Shown: positions 18,105 to 28,176 of the stretch, piece after piece | Numbering within the stretch: position 1 is the first letter of the stretch | How the letters are laid out: the number at the start of each line of letters is the position of its first letter | Made by a program: the position numbers and the translations under genes | NCBI GenBank assembly: GCA_019456345.1 | Contig: VRUB01000002.1 | Coordinates: 1 to 58,761, forward strand | Length of the DNA stretch: 58,761 nucleotides | Reading direction: 5' to 3' | Source of the DNA: Nitrospira sp. | GTDB lineage: Bacteria; Pseudomonadota; Gammaproteobacteria; Acidiferrobacterales; SPGG2 | Notes under the pieces: model-generated | Databases searched by the model: none | The model's input: the letters and a program-made list of their open reading frames with translations, nothing else | What the model was told of the DNA's origin: nothing

Positions 18105-19019
18105 AATTTTTTTGCGTTGGTTCTCTAATCCATCCCAAAACGCAGCCACGCCATCCAACATCTCGTTGCCGCGACGGATAAAGGCGTGCTCGTCGACATC
18201 ACGGCCGAAGTAGAGCTCCTCGAGCTCCTCCTGCGTGTGCTGCGCATGCTGCGCCTCGAGCCGGCTGTGCCAGCTAAAGAAAGCCAATGGCAGCGTTGAT
18301 CTGGTGCGCTCGTTGTATTTTCTAAAGCCTTCGACGAGCTCGTCCCAGAAACCGGCCGCCGCCCAGTTTTCGACCGCGTAGCTCGCCGCCTGCGAGGTCA
18401 TGTAATCATCGCCTCCATACAAGCGCCTGAGCTCGTCGCAGAAGAACAACGTTGACTCCGTGCCATGTCGCTGCTGACCGACGTCGTTGAACTCCAGCCC
18501 CAACCTGCTCGCCATCTGCAGGAGCCATTCGAAATGGGCGGCACGAAAGCGGAATACTCCGCCTTCGACCGTACCTTCGGTGGAAACGAGCCGGGTCTCG
18601 GCCTCATCGCCATTGACTGTAGTCCTGCTGCTGTCCGGCTTGAAAACCACGCCGATCTCGTTGGCGAGAATCTCCTTGGATGCACGCATTCCTTCAAGCG
18701 AATCGGCGTTGATCATCTTGTAAAGCTGAGCTACCAGGAACAGATTCGAAAATACCGAGAACTGAATGATAAATGCCTGTATCTGCTCCTGTGTTTGCTT
18801 ACCTTGTCTGAACCATGCCGTGTAACGGTTATCGGTAATAATGCGGTGCTTGAGAAGCTCGTTGTGTATACGCGCCTGGAACGCCAGAAAACGCTTCGCC
18901 TTCTCCACAGAGTAACCTTTTTGTCCTTGCGCGATCGCTTGCAAACACGGTTGGGTCAGCCCAACCAGATCATGCTCCTCGGCAAAGGTATCCAACGCCA
19001 GTTTTGCTGCAACGCTCAT
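18099..19019 (-). CDS. Heme-oxygenase-like fold protein (iron-containing redox enzyme / HDO-type, TenA/PqqC-like superfamily)
   Basis: Start set to ATG 19019, behind GAGGTGG, giving 306 aa. All-helical composition. Candidate ligand-bearing helices ANEIGV, RAAHFEW, AVENWAAA and SWHSRLEAQHAQH (H-x3-E-x2-H). Confidence 0.8.
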   Translation of the reverse strand: MSVAAKLALDTFAEEHDLVGLTQPCLQAIAQGQKGYSVEKAKRFLAFQARIHNELLKHRIITDNRYTAWFRQGKQTQEQIQAFIIQFSVFSNLFLVAQLYKMINADSLEGMRASKEILANEIGVVFKPDSSRTTVNGDEAETRLVSTEGTVEGGVFRFRAAHFEWLLQMASRLGLEFNDVGQQRHGTESTLFFCDELRRLYGGDDYMTSQAASYAVENWAAAGFWDELVEGFRKYNERTRSTLPLAFFSWHSRLEAQHAQHTQEELEELYFGRDVDEHAFIRRGNEMLDGVAAFWDGLENQRKKIQ

Positions 19020-19223
19020 ATTCCACCTCGAATTGCATTCGGTCCTGCTGCCCGATGACAGCTTCATACTGATAAGTTTAGACGAGGCGGCATAAGCCAG
19101 GTTCCTGGGAAAAACTACCCAATGCAAAGGCGTAAAACGCGCATATCGTTGAGAGTTAAAGAAAAACTGTCAGTTTCTCTGTGTACTCTGCGCCTCCTCG
19201 GTCTCTGCGTTTTTTCCAATGAT

Positions 19224-20201
19224 TCAACAGGGCTGCACTTCCTGCTCGATGGCGCCGAAGATGCTCTGTGCTTTCTCGTCAAGCATCTCGATACGAACCC
19301 GGTCGCCGAAGCGCATGAACGGCGTCCTGGCCTTTCCTTCGTTGATAATCTCGAGCACGCGTCGTTCGATCAGACACGAACAGCCCCGCGACTCGTCCGC
19401 GTTCGACACGGTACCCGAGCCGATGATCGTTCCGGCACCTAACGAGCGTGTCTTGGCTGCATGAGCGACCAGCTCCGAAAAATCGAATTGCATGTCCTCC
19501 CCTGCATCAGGATTTCCGAAGAGCGTGTCATTGAGATGTGAAATCAACGGAAGGTGGGCCTTGGCCCCGTCCCACGCCGCGCCGAGCTCGTCCGGGGCCA
19601 CCGCCACGGGTGAAAATGTGCTCGCAGGCTTGCCATGAAGAAAGCCGAACCCCTTGGGCAACTCGGAGGAGATCAGATTACGCAGCGAGACATCGTTGAC
19701 CAGCATCAACAGCTTGATGTGACCCGCCGCTTCCTTGCGGGTCACGCCCACGGGGACGTCATCGGTGATGACGGCGAGCTCGGCTTCGAAGTCGACACCC
19801 CACTCGAGATCCGCGACGCTGATCGGATCGCGCGGGCCGAGAAAGCCATCCGAGCCACCCTGGTACATCAGCGGATCCGTGGTAAAGCTCGGTGGCATCT
19901 GCGCGCCGCGTGCCTTGCGCGCGCGTTCAACATGGCTGAGATACGCGCTGCCATCGAGCCATTGGTACGCGCGCGGCAGCGGCGAGGCGAGTGCGGCGAA
20001 ATCCAGTTGAAAACCGTCCTGTGTGCCTTCGTTGAGCGCCTCGTAGACGGTAGCGAGCCGGGGCGCGGTGTTGTTCCAATCCTCCAGCGCCGCCTGCAAC
20101 GTGCTGGCGTACTGCGGGACCTCGCACGCCACGCTAAGATCACGGCTAACGACGACTAAAGTCCCATCCTTGCCACCGGCCTTCAGCGAAGCAAGCTTCA
20201 T
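19224..20201 (-). CDS. Fumarylacetoacetate hydrolase (FAH) family protein, short form
   Basis: 325 aa from ATG 20201, which overlaps the hmgA stop as ATGA. The C-terminal FAH-fold blocks (FEAELAVI, NDVSLRN, GTIIGSGTVSN) are family-typical. Confidence 0.88.
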   Translation of the reverse strand: MKLASLKAGGKDGTLVVVSRDLSVACEVPQYASTLQAALEDWNNTAPRLATVYEALNEGTQDGFQLDFAALASPLPRAYQWLDGSAYLSHVERARKARGAQMPPSFTTDPLMYQGGSDGFLGPRDPISVADLEWGVDFEAELAVITDDVPVGVTRKEAAGHIKLLMLVNDVSLRNLISSELPKGFGFLHGKPASTFSPVAVAPDELGAAWDGAKAHLPLISHLNDTLFGNPDAGEDMQFDFSELVAHAAKTRSLGAGTIIGSGTVSNADESRGCSCLIERRVLEIINEGKARTPFMRFGDRVRIEMLDEKAQSIFGAIEQEVQPC

Positions 20202-21334
20202 TTCTTGCTGTCTTTCCACGAGTCGACATAACCGGTCCACTCGACTTCAGACAGCCGTTGATCCACATCGAGCGCATCGCGGGTGTCGATCATCACCGCC
20301 ACCTCGTCGGTTTCCTTGCGCACGGCCTTCTTGCCGGCCGCCAATGCCTTAGGGTGGGGCCCATGGGTGATGCCGCTCGGATGCAGCGTCAGCATGCCGG
20401 GATGAATATTGTCGCGCGAAAAGAACTCCCCGCGGTGGTAAAAAAGCACCTCGTCGTAGTCGTCGTTATTGTGAAAAAACGGCACCCTCAGGGCCCCGGG
20501 ATCGCTCTCCAGCGGGCGCGGACAGAACGTGCATACTACGAAGCGGCCTGCCACAAAAGTAGTATGAGCCGACGGCGGTACATGATAGCGGTGGCTCATG
20601 AGCGGGCGGATATCACGCCAGTTCAAACGAACCGGCACCAGCGTCCCATGCCATCCCATCGCATCGAGCGGATTGAACGGATAGGTTATCTTGCTCAAGG
20701 TGCCGCGGCGTTTGACTACCAGCTCGCAGCTGCTCTCGGTTTGTTGGGCGATAAACGCATCGTCGATCGTGGGCGTATCGAGCACCGCCGGATCGAACAC
20801 GGCATGGTCGCCGACCATTCCTTTCTCGGGCAACTGGTAGCTGCTGTCGGTGGCCTGGATCAGCAAGACCGTCAAGGGTCCCGTGGTTTCCACGCGCCAC
20901 ATGGTGCCCCGCGGTAGCATGATGTAATCGCCCTCACGGAGCTCGAGATGACCGTAATCGCAATACAGGCTCCCCGCCCCCGCGTGCACGAACAGCAGCT
21001 CATCGCCATCGCCGTTTCGTACCAGATGATTCATGGCGCGGTCCGTTTTCCAGAGGCGCAGCTGCACGCTCGGGTTACTGAGCAGCGGCGTCGCGTCCCA
21101 CGGTGAGGGGACGAGAGCTGTGAGTTTTGCCGTGTCGAATGCGCGTGGACGCAGCGGCCCGTCTACTTCGGTCCATCCCGTTGGCGGGTGGCGGTGGTAC
21201 ATCTGGGTCGACGGTCCGTAAAACCCGTGCTTGCCCAGTTCGCGCTCGTAACTACCCGGCGGCAAATCCGCGTGCGCTTGCCGGGAAGCGATACCTTCGA
21301 CCTTGGGAAACGAGATCCAGTGGGACCTGGCCAT
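20198..21334 (-). CDS. hmgA: Homogentisate 1,2-dioxygenase family protein (short form)
   Basis: 378 aa from ATG 21334. The block PFFHNNDDYDEVLFYH...LTLHPSGITHGPHP aligns with the HGD Fe-ligand region (YYHRN..SEF...LH....PHGP) as I remember it. The start lies 1 nt after the hppD stop. Confidence 0.85.
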   Translation of the reverse strand: MARSHWISFPKVEGIASRQAHADLPPGSYERELGKHGFYGPSTQMYHRHPPTGWTEVDGPLRPRAFDTAKLTALVPSPWDATPLLSNPSVQLRLWKTDRAMNHLVRNGDGDELLFVHAGAGSLYCDYGHLELREGDYIMLPRGTMWRVETTGPLTVLLIQATDSSYQLPEKGMVGDHAVFDPAVLDTPTIDDAFIAQQTESSCELVVKRRGTLSKITYPFNPLDAMGWHGTLVPVRLNWRDIRPLMSHRYHVPPSAHTTFVAGRFVVCTFCPRPLESDPGALRVPFFHNNDDYDEVLFYHRGEFFSRDNIHPGMLTLHPSGITHGPHPKALAAGKKAVRKETDEVAVMIDTRDALDVDQRLSEVEWTGYVDSWKDSKK

Positions 21335-21335
21335 G

Positions 21336-22391
21336 TCAGATAACCCCGCGCTCCATTTGATCGTGTTCGATGGCCTCAAACAGCGCCTGGAAATTGCCCT
21401 CACCAAAGCCCTGGTTGCCTTTGCGCTGGATGACCTCAAAGAAGATGGGCCCGATCACGGTATCGGTAAAGATCTGTAACAGCAGGCCAAGGTTTTTGCG
21501 GGGCGCACCGTCAATAAGGATGCGACCGCGTTTCAGACGCTCGAGGTCCTCGCCATGGCCGGCTACGCGCTTATCGACGGCCGTGTAATAGGTATCAGGT
21601 GTATCCATGAACTTGACCTGGTTTTTGCCCAAAGCCTCGACAGTTTCAAAGATATCGTCCGTTGCCAACGCGATGTGCTGGATGCCCTCCCCGCGATAGG
21701 TATCGAGATATTCCTGAATCTGCGATTTCGCGTCCGAGGGCTCGTTGATCGGGATACGAATCTTTCCGCACGGGCTGGTCATGGCGCGCGACTTGAGGCC
21801 GGTCGCCTTGCCCTGAATATCGAAGAAGTGGGTCTCGCGGAAGTTGAACAGCCGTTCGTAGAAGCTCGCCCATTGATCCATCCGGCCCTTGTGGACATTG
21901 TGAGTGAGATGATCCACATGCGTAAGGCCGACACCCTTCGGCCGTGCCGGTACATCCTCGAGCCGAACAAAATCGACCTCATAGATCGAGCGATCGCCAT
22001 AGCGATCGATCAGATAAATAAGACTGTTCCCGACCCCGCGGATAGCAGGAATGTTGAGCTCCATCGGCCCGACACGGCCCTCGTAGGGTTCGGCACCGAG
22101 ATCGAGCGCACGTGCGTAGGCAGCTGCCGCGTCTTTGACCCGTATCGCAAACGCGCAGACAGAGGGGCCGTGCACTTTCGCAAAGGCCTGCGCGAAGCTC
22201 TGCGGCTCGTGGTTGATAATGAAATTAACGTCGCCCTGGCGATACAGCGTCACGTCCTTGGAGCGGTGGCGCGCAACGGCGACAAACCCCATTCGCTGGA
22301 AGAGCTGTTCCAGCGACCGGCTATCGGGCGCCGTGTACTCGATGAACTCGAACCCGTCCGTACCCATGGGGTTATCCGGGACAGTGCTCAT
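21336..22391 (-). CDS. hppD: 4-hydroxyphenylpyruvate dioxygenase
   Basis: 351 aa from ATG 22391. N-terminus NPMGTDGFEFIEY, plus GEGIQHIAL and FFEVIQRKG...GFGEGNFQALFEAIE, are typical of HppD. Confidence 0.93.
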   Translation of the reverse strand: MSTVPDNPMGTDGFEFIEYTAPDSRSLEQLFQRMGFVAVARHRSKDVTLYRQGDVNFIINHEPQSFAQAFAKVHGPSVCAFAIRVKDAAAAYARALDLGAEPYEGRVGPMELNIPAIRGVGNSLIYLIDRYGDRSIYEVDFVRLEDVPARPKGVGLTHVDHLTHNVHKGRMDQWASFYERLFNFRETHFFDIQGKATGLKSRAMTSPCGKIRIPINEPSDAKSQIQEYLDTYRGEGIQHIALATDDIFETVEALGKNQVKFMDTPDTYYTAVDKRVAGHGEDLERLKRGRILIDGAPRKNLGLLLQIFTDTVIGPIFFEVIQRKGNQGFGEGNFQALFEAIEHDQMERGVI

Positions 22392-22594
22392 AGCGCGACC
22401 CCCGTGCTGTTTTTGAGATCCGGCCACGACTTCTGCGCCCCGCATCGGCGCCGGCCGGGACGTTCCGGGTCGTTCGAACCCGTCTGCAAGGTTTTCATGT
22501 CCCTATGCCAAAGATCCTTTTGTGCACCAGGCGGGGGGCGGTGGTTTGCCCCTACGCCAAAATATAGACCACCGGGCCAGCCGGCGTTCGGGTC

Positions 22595-23803
22595 TCACGC
22601 CGTGCGCACGACCTCGGCCAGGCGTGCGACCGCGGCCTTAACTTCTTGTTCTGTATTGAGAATATCAGGACACAGGCGCAGCAGGCCGTCGCGGGCGTCG
22701 GCCTTGATACCCCGCCTACCGAGCTCGGCCGCTACATCGGCGCGCCGGTCGTACGCAATGGCCAGGAATCCCCCGCGCCGCTCCGGGGCGCCGAGAACAG
22801 GGAAGCCTGCCGCAGCCAAGGATTCCTCCAATTGCCGCTGCTGGGCGAGCGAGTAATCGCGCAGCCGCGTCACCCCTAGTGTCAGCGTTAATTCCAGGCC
22901 CGCGCGGGCCTGGTAGAGCGGCAATATTGCGGGTGTGGATTCCAGAAAGGCATTGCCGCCGGGTGCGAGCTTGGGTGTTGCGGGGCGCTCGAACTTGAAC
23001 GGCTCGGGTTGTGCGAACCAGCCGGTATCGAGGGTCGCCAGGCTGGCATTCAGGTGACGCGGATGCACATAGAGCCAGCCGGCGCCCGGACCCCCGCGTA
23101 GATACTTGTAACACCCGCCGATCGCAAAATCGGCGCCCAGCGCTTGAATGTCCGTCGGCACGATGCCGGCAGCGTGATAGAGGTCTACCAGCACGTTGGC
23201 ACCCTTTGCCTGTGCGCCGGCCACCAGGTCCTGCAAATCGGTGAGTAGCTGGCCCGTCGTGAAAAACACCATAGAGACGACCACCAGTGCCGTCGACGGG
23301 CCGACCGCATCCAGCAGTTTGATGGCACTGTACTCGCCGTGCTCATCCGGCGCGACGAAGCTGAGATCGATGCGGCCGCGCTGCGCGTAGATCTTTAGGA
23401 CAAGGTCAATGGAATCGAACTCATCGCGTGTTGTGACCACCCCGATTTTCTTGTCGTAGCAGTTAAGCACGGCACGCAAACCTTGACCGGCACTGCTCTT
23501 GGGGACGATACAGTCGTGACGCGCGGCGTTTATAAGCCGTGCGATGCGGCCGCGAAAGGCCTCCCGCTCGGTGAGCCAATCTTCCCAGGCGTCGTCCATG
23601 TTCTCGTACCAGCATTGCAACGCCTCTTGCACGTCGCGCGCGGTCTGGTCCAAGGGGCGGCCAAGCGAGTGATTGGCGAGATAGATTTCGTCACCGGCCC
23701 GGTGTAGCACCCGGGAGAAGAGGGGATGGATCCAGTGAACGAGCGCCTCCTCGCGCAGCGGGGCGGGACCCAGCGCGCTCACCGCTTTTTGCATCGCCGT
23801 CAC
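22595..23803 (-). CDS. kynU: Kynureninase (PLP-dependent, aminotransferase class V fold)
   Basis: About 400 aa. Family blocks [26 protein letters not shown] and [18 protein letters not shown]. Start is either GTG 23803 (overlapping the kynA stop) or ATG 23794. Confidence 0.9.
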   Translation of the reverse strand: MTAMQKAVSALGPAPLREEALVHWIHPLFSRVLHRAGDEIYLANHSLGRPLDQTARDVQEALQCWYENMDDAWEDWLTEREAFRGRIARLINAARHDCIVPKSSAGQGLRAVLNCYDKKIGVVTTRDEFDSIDLVLKIYAQRGRIDLSFVAPDEHGEYSAIKLLDAVGPSTALVVVSMVFFTTGQLLTDLQDLVAGAQAKGANVLVDLYHAAGIVPTDIQALGADFAIGGCYKYLRGGPGAGWLYVHPRHLNASLATLDTGWFAQPEPFKFERPATPKLAPGGNAFLESTPAILPLYQARAGLELTLTLGVTRLRDYSLAQQRQLEESLAAAGFPVLGAPERRGGFLAIAYDRRADVAAELGRRGIKADARDGLLRLCPDILNTEQEVKAAVARLAEVVRTA

Positions 23804-24663
23804 TGCTCCGCGCCGATTTCTGTACGGACGTCATAGAGCTCGGGAAAGAAGGTATGGTCCAGCGCCCGGCGCAAGAAAGCGACGCCCGAGGAGCCACCGG
23901 TGCCGCGCTTGTAGCCGATGATGCGCTCAACCGTTTTCATGTGCCGGAAGCGCCAGAGCTGGAACTGTTCCTCGACGTCTACGAATTTTTCGCACAAAGC
24001 ATAAGCATCCCAGTGATCGTGCGGTGACTCATAGATTTGCTTGAATACGGGTATGAGCTTCTCGTTGCGCTGGTATGGGAGCGACCAGTCGCGATCCACG
24101 CTTTCAGCCGAAACCGCGTAGCCCTGGCGGTGGAGATGGCGCAGAAACTCATCATAGATGCTGGGGCTGCGCAATACCGCCCGCAGCTCCTCGTAGACGG
24201 CCGTGTCGTAACGGAAAACCTCGAGCATTGCCTCATTCTTGTTCCCGAGAATATATTCGATGGCGCGGTACTGCGGGGACTGAATACCCGATGCATGCCC
24301 CAGGACATGGCGAAACTTGCTGTACTCACTTGGGGTGAGCGTCGACAGCACCGCCCACTGCTCGAACAGCTGAAGTTGTATCAGCTTGACCCGGGCCAGG
24401 ATCTTGAAACAAGGGCCCAGATTATCGGCCTTGATGTGATCAATCGCTGCGCGCAGCTCATGCAGTACAAGCTTCATCCACAGCTCGGCTATCTGGTGCT
24501 GTATGATAAAGAGCAGCTCGTCGTGATGCGGGGGTTCACTGAGTGGCTTCTGTGCATTCAGCAACTGATCCAGGTGCAGGTAACTCGAGTAGGTCAAGCG
24601 ACCTCGAAGATCGAGCTCGATTGACTCGCCTTCACCAAATGGATTTTTTCTTTGGTCAGACAC
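23800..24663 (-). CDS. kynA: Tryptophan 2,3-dioxygenase
   Basis: [40 protein letters not shown] and WRFRHM..V.R.IG.K.GTGGSSG are TDO signatures. Start trimmed to in-frame GTG 24663 (287 aa), which gives an N-terminal length like known bacterial TDOs. The ORF track extends to 24804. Confidence 0.88.
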   Translation of the reverse strand: MSDQRKNPFGEGESIELDLRGRLTYSSYLHLDQLLNAQKPLSEPPHHDELLFIIQHQIAELWMKLVLHELRAAIDHIKADNLGPCFKILARVKLIQLQLFEQWAVLSTLTPSEYSKFRHVLGHASGIQSPQYRAIEYILGNKNEAMLEVFRYDTAVYEELRAVLRSPSIYDEFLRHLHRQGYAVSAESVDRDWSLPYQRNEKLIPVFKQIYESPHDHWDAYALCEKFVDVEEQFQLWRFRHMKTVERIIGYKRGTGGSSGVAFLRRALDHTFFPELYDVRTEIGAEQ

Positions 24664-24944
24664 GCTGCGCCCTAGGTCGCATAACCCTTGCGGGAACCCT
24701 TTTATGCCAAATCCGGTCGAAATAATAGAAGCTATAATTAAGTCTAGCAAAACCTGTGACACGCAGGGGCCCCGTTGTTCTGAAATGCGTATGGGGCCAA
24801 ACAAGGTGGGGAAGCGTGTATGCGCCGAGGCAACGGGTGGGCGCTGAGTTCTTCGTCGCCTTTCGGTTATCCAACTAAACGTGTGTAGCGGGCTCCGCGG
24901 TAGCAGGCTCGGTGTAGGCTACGAGGGCGGGCGCTGGCAGCGAT

Positions 24945-25982
24945 ATGGACATATTAGAGCACGCCGATGACCTGGGTTTCGGCGACATTCATATCAAGAT
25001 CGATCCCGCCACCGGGCTTCATGCCATTATTGCAATTCACAGCACCTGTCTAGGCCCGGCCCTGGGTGGCTGTCGATGGCTGTCCTACCCCACTACGGAG
25101 GCGGCGTTGCTTGATGCCATGCGCCTGGCGTGCGGCATGACCTACAAGGCGGCGATCTCAGGCCTGTCCTCGGGCGGGGGCAAGGCCGTGCTCATTCGGC
25201 CACCGCACCCCATTGATCGCGAGGCCTACTTCGAGGCCTTCGGCAGCTTCGTTGACGAGCTCGGGGGGCGCTATATCACCGCCGTGGACAGTGGCACCAG
25301 CGTTGCGGACATGGATATCATTGCACGGCGTACGCAACACGTGGCCAGCACATCCGCGAGTCGTGCGGGCAGCGGCGATCCTTCGCCGCACACGGCGCTC
25401 GGTATTCGGCGCGGCATCGAGGCCGGCGTGAAAAGCAAGCTCAAGAGAGATAGCCTGGAGGGTGTGCACGTCGCCATCCAGGGTGTGGGGCATGTGGGCT
25501 ATCCACTGGCCCGGGAGCTGGCCGTACATGGAGCCCGGTTGACGGTGTGCGATGTAGGTGAAAGCGCAGTCGAGCGTTGCGTTGATGAGTTTGGAGCCGC
25601 GAGCGTCGCACGCGAGCGCATCTACGAGATTGAGAGTGACGTCTTCGCCCCGTGCGCATTGGGTGCCATCATCAACGACGAGACGTTGCCCCGGCTCAAC
25701 ACGAAAATTGTCGGCGGCGCGGCTAACAACCAGTTGGCCGAGATTCGACATGGGGATTTGTTGCACCGGCGCGGTATCCTGTATGCGCCGGACTACGTGA
25801 TCAATGCCGGAGGAATTATTCAGATCATCGTTGATGATGAAGCTGAGATGAACGAAAAGATCCTAGGCATCTATGATACGCTTATGCGTATCTTCACGCA
25901 GTCCGAGAAAATGAACCAGCCACCTCGTCGTGTGGCGGATAGTATAGTCGATGCCATGCTGGCCGAGAAGAAAACGGCCTGA
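24945..25982 (+). CDS. ldh: Leucine (Leu/Val/Phe) dehydrogenase
   Basis: 345 aa. Catalytic-Lys block GLSSGGGKAV, GGCRW and Rossmann IQGVGHVGYPLA. Glu/Leu/Phe/Val dehydrogenase family. Confidence 0.9.
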   Translation: MDILEHADDLGFGDIHIKIDPATGLHAIIAIHSTCLGPALGGCRWLSYPTTEAALLDAMRLACGMTYKAAISGLSSGGGKAVLIRPPHPIDREAYFEAFGSFVDELGGRYITAVDSGTSVADMDIIARRTQHVASTSASRAGSGDPSPHTALGIRRGIEAGVKSKLKRDSLEGVHVAIQGVGHVGYPLARELAVHGARLTVCDVGESAVERCVDEFGAASVARERIYEIESDVFAPCALGAIINDETLPRLNTKIVGGAANNQLAEIRHGDLLHRRGILYAPDYVINAGGIIQIIVDDEAEMNEKILGIYDTLMRIFTQSEKMNQPPRRVADSIVDAMLAEKKTA

Positions 25983-26060
25983 GCATGGGGGAGCGACCAT
26001 AGAAGTTGTTGCACCATTGCCGCACTGAAAAGAAATTCTTTGGACTACGAAAAGCACGAG

Positions 26061-27203
26061 ATGAGTAATAGCGACGATTCGACCATGGGAAGACAAAAAC
26101 CGACAGCAGAAACCAAAGGCACCGTCTCGACTTGTGTCGCGACATTCGAGATTCATCATACGCAATTGCTGGATCACGACGCCAAGGTCAAGGGCTCACT
26201 GCCCGAGTTTGCGCGCGATCCGGCGAATCTGATCTCGCTTTATCGCGCCATGGTACTCACGCGCCTCTTCGACAAGAAGGCGGTCGCGCTGCAACGTACC
26301 GGGCAGTTGGGTACGTACTCACCGGCGCTGGGGCAAGAAGCCACCTTTGTGGCGGTCGGCAGCGCCATGCGGCCCGAGGACGTACTGCTGCCCACTTATA
26401 GAGAGTCTGGCGCCATGTTTCTTCACGGCGTGAGCATGCAGGAGCTATTACTGTACTGGGGTGGCGATGAGCGCGGGATGGATTACGCGGTTGCTCGTGA
26501 GGACTTTCCTATCTGTATACCCATCGCCACGCACGCACCGCAGGCGGCCGGCGTTGCCCTGGCCATGAAGCTGCGGCGCGAGCCGCGGGTTGCCGTGTGT
26601 ACGCTGGGCGATGGCGCCACCTCGAAGGGAGATTTCTACGAGGCCATCAATCTCGCCGGTGCATGGCAGTTGCCGGTCGTTTTCGTGGTTTGCAACAATC
26701 AATGGGCGATCTCCTTACCGCGCAGTGAGCAGACGTGTGCACAGACGTTGGCGCAGAAGGCGATCGCAGCCGGCATCGATGGCGAGCAGGTCGATGGCAA
26801 TGATGTGATTGCCGTACACCATCGGCTGGCGCTGGCGCTCGAGAAGGCGAGAGTGGGCGGCGGACCCACTCTGATCGAGGCACTGAGCTATCGTATGGGT
26901 GATCATACAACCGCGGATGACGCCAGCCGTTATCGCACGCAAGAAGAGCTCAAAGAGCAGTGGCGGCTCGACCCGATCAAACGCCTGCACGATTTCCTGG
27001 TTAAAAATGGCGACTGGACGGAGCAGAAAGAGCAGGCGTTAAACGCCGAGTGTACGCAGGAGGTCGAGCAGGCGGTCAAGGACTACCTGGCGACGCCGCC
27101 ACCGCCACCCGAGAGCATGTTCGATTATCTTTACGAAAAATTACCGACGTCACTGGCAAGCCAGCGCGAGGCCGCTATCAGGAGGGGTGCGAAGCATGCC
27201 TGA
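26061..27203 (+). CDS. bkdA1: Branched-chain 2-oxoacid dehydrogenase E1 alpha subunit
   Basis: TPP-binding motif GDGATSKGDFYEAINLAGAWQLPVVFVVCNNQWAIS. Start set to the first ATG at 26061 (ORF track TTG 26040). Overlaps the E1 beta start. Confidence 0.9.
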   Translation: MSNSDDSTMGRQKPTAETKGTVSTCVATFEIHHTQLLDHDAKVKGSLPEFARDPANLISLYRAMVLTRLFDKKAVALQRTGQLGTYSPALGQEATFVAVGSAMRPEDVLLPTYRESGAMFLHGVSMQELLLYWGGDERGMDYAVAREDFPICIPIATHAPQAAGVALAMKLRREPRVAVCTLGDGATSKGDFYEAINLAGAWQLPVVFVVCNNQWAISLPRSEQTCAQTLAQKAIAAGIDGEQVDGNDVIAVHHRLALALEKARVGGGPTLIEALSYRMGDHTTADDASRYRTQEELKEQWRLDPIKRLHDFLVKNGDWTEQKEQALNAECTQEVEQAVKDYLATPPPPPESMFDYLYEKLPTSLASQREAAIRRGAKHA

Positions 27204-28176
27204 GGTCGCGCTGGTCGAGGCCGTCAACCTGGCGCTGGCGCACGAGATGCAAGCCGATGAGAACGTCATCGTGCTGGGCGAGGATGTGGGTGTTAACGGC
27301 GGCGTATTTCGTGCAACGGTGGGCCTGCAGGAGCGTTTTGGCAAGGAGCGTGTCATGGACACGCCGCTCGCCGAGACGCTGATAGCGGGGGTGTGTATCG
27401 GCATGGCGGCGCAGGGGTTCAAGCCCGTTGCCGAGATCCAGTTTATGGGATTCATTTACCCGGCAATCGATCAAATACTTAATCACGCCGCGCGATTGCG
27501 CTATCGCACACGCGGGCGGCTTACCTGCCCCATGGTGCTGCGCGCGCCGTTCGGCGGCGGTATCCATGCGCCGGAGCATCACTCCGAGAGCACGGAAGCC
27601 ATGTTCGCTCACATTCCCGGGCTTCGCGTCGTTATCCCGTCGTCACCGTTAAGGGCATATGGATTACTGCTTGCAGCCATTCGCGATCCGGACCCCGTCA
27701 TTTTTCTGGAACCGAAACGGATCTATCGTCTTGTGAAACAGGAGGTGCCCGACGACGGTAAGGCGCTGCCGTTGGACGTTTGCTTTGTGCTGCGAGAAGG
27801 ATCCGACGTCACGGTCGCGACCTGGGGCGCGATTACGCACGAGACCATGATGGCTGCCGATCAGCTGGGCGAAGAAGGAATCAGTGCCGAGGTCATCGAT
27901 GTCGCAACGATTAAGCCGTTGGATATGGAAACGATTCTGCAGTCGGTGGCGAAAACGGGTCGCTGCGTGGTCGTGCACGAGGCGGCCCAGACGGCCGGCA
28001 TGGGTGCAGAGATTGCCGCGCAGCTTGCAGAGCATGGCCTGCTCACGTTGCTGGCGCCTGTACAACGCGTCGCGGGATACGATACGGTTATGCCGCTGTA
28101 CAGGTTGGAGGATCAATATATGCCCGACACGGCACGCATCGTGGAGGCGGTAAGAAAGACGATGGAGATGGCATGA
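27196..28176 (+). CDS. bkdA2: Branched-chain 2-oxoacid dehydrogenase E1 beta subunit
   Basis: 326 aa from ATG 27196. Typical transketolase-like pyrimidine-binding and C-terminal domains (VMDTPLAE, FMGFIYPA, PFGGGI.APEHHSES). Confidence 0.93.
   Translation: MPEVALVEAVNLALAHEMQADENVIVLGEDVGVNGGVFRATVGLQERFGKERVMDTPLAETLIAGVCIGMAAQGFKPVAEIQFMGFIYPAIDQILNHAARLRYRTRGRLTCPMVLRAPFGGGIHAPEHHSESTEAMFAHIPGLRVVIPSSPLRAYGLLLAAIRDPDPVIFLEPKRIYRLVKQEVPDDGKALPLDVCFVLREGSDVTVATWGAITHETMMAADQLGEEGISAEVIDVATIKPLDMETILQSVAKTGRCVVVHEAAQTAGMGAEIAAQLAEHGLLTLLAPVQRVAGYDTVMPLYRLEDQYMPDTARIVEAVRKTMEMA

Noticed and set aside
21555-22856. 433-aa ORF on the plus strand spanning the hppD region and the hppD-kynU spacer
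   Set aside because: It is antisense to a clearly identified hppD and runs through intergenic DNA into the antisense of kynU. Its composition is Arg/Ala/Pro-rich, typical of shadow ORFs in GC-rich DNA. It has no recognisable family and no SD.
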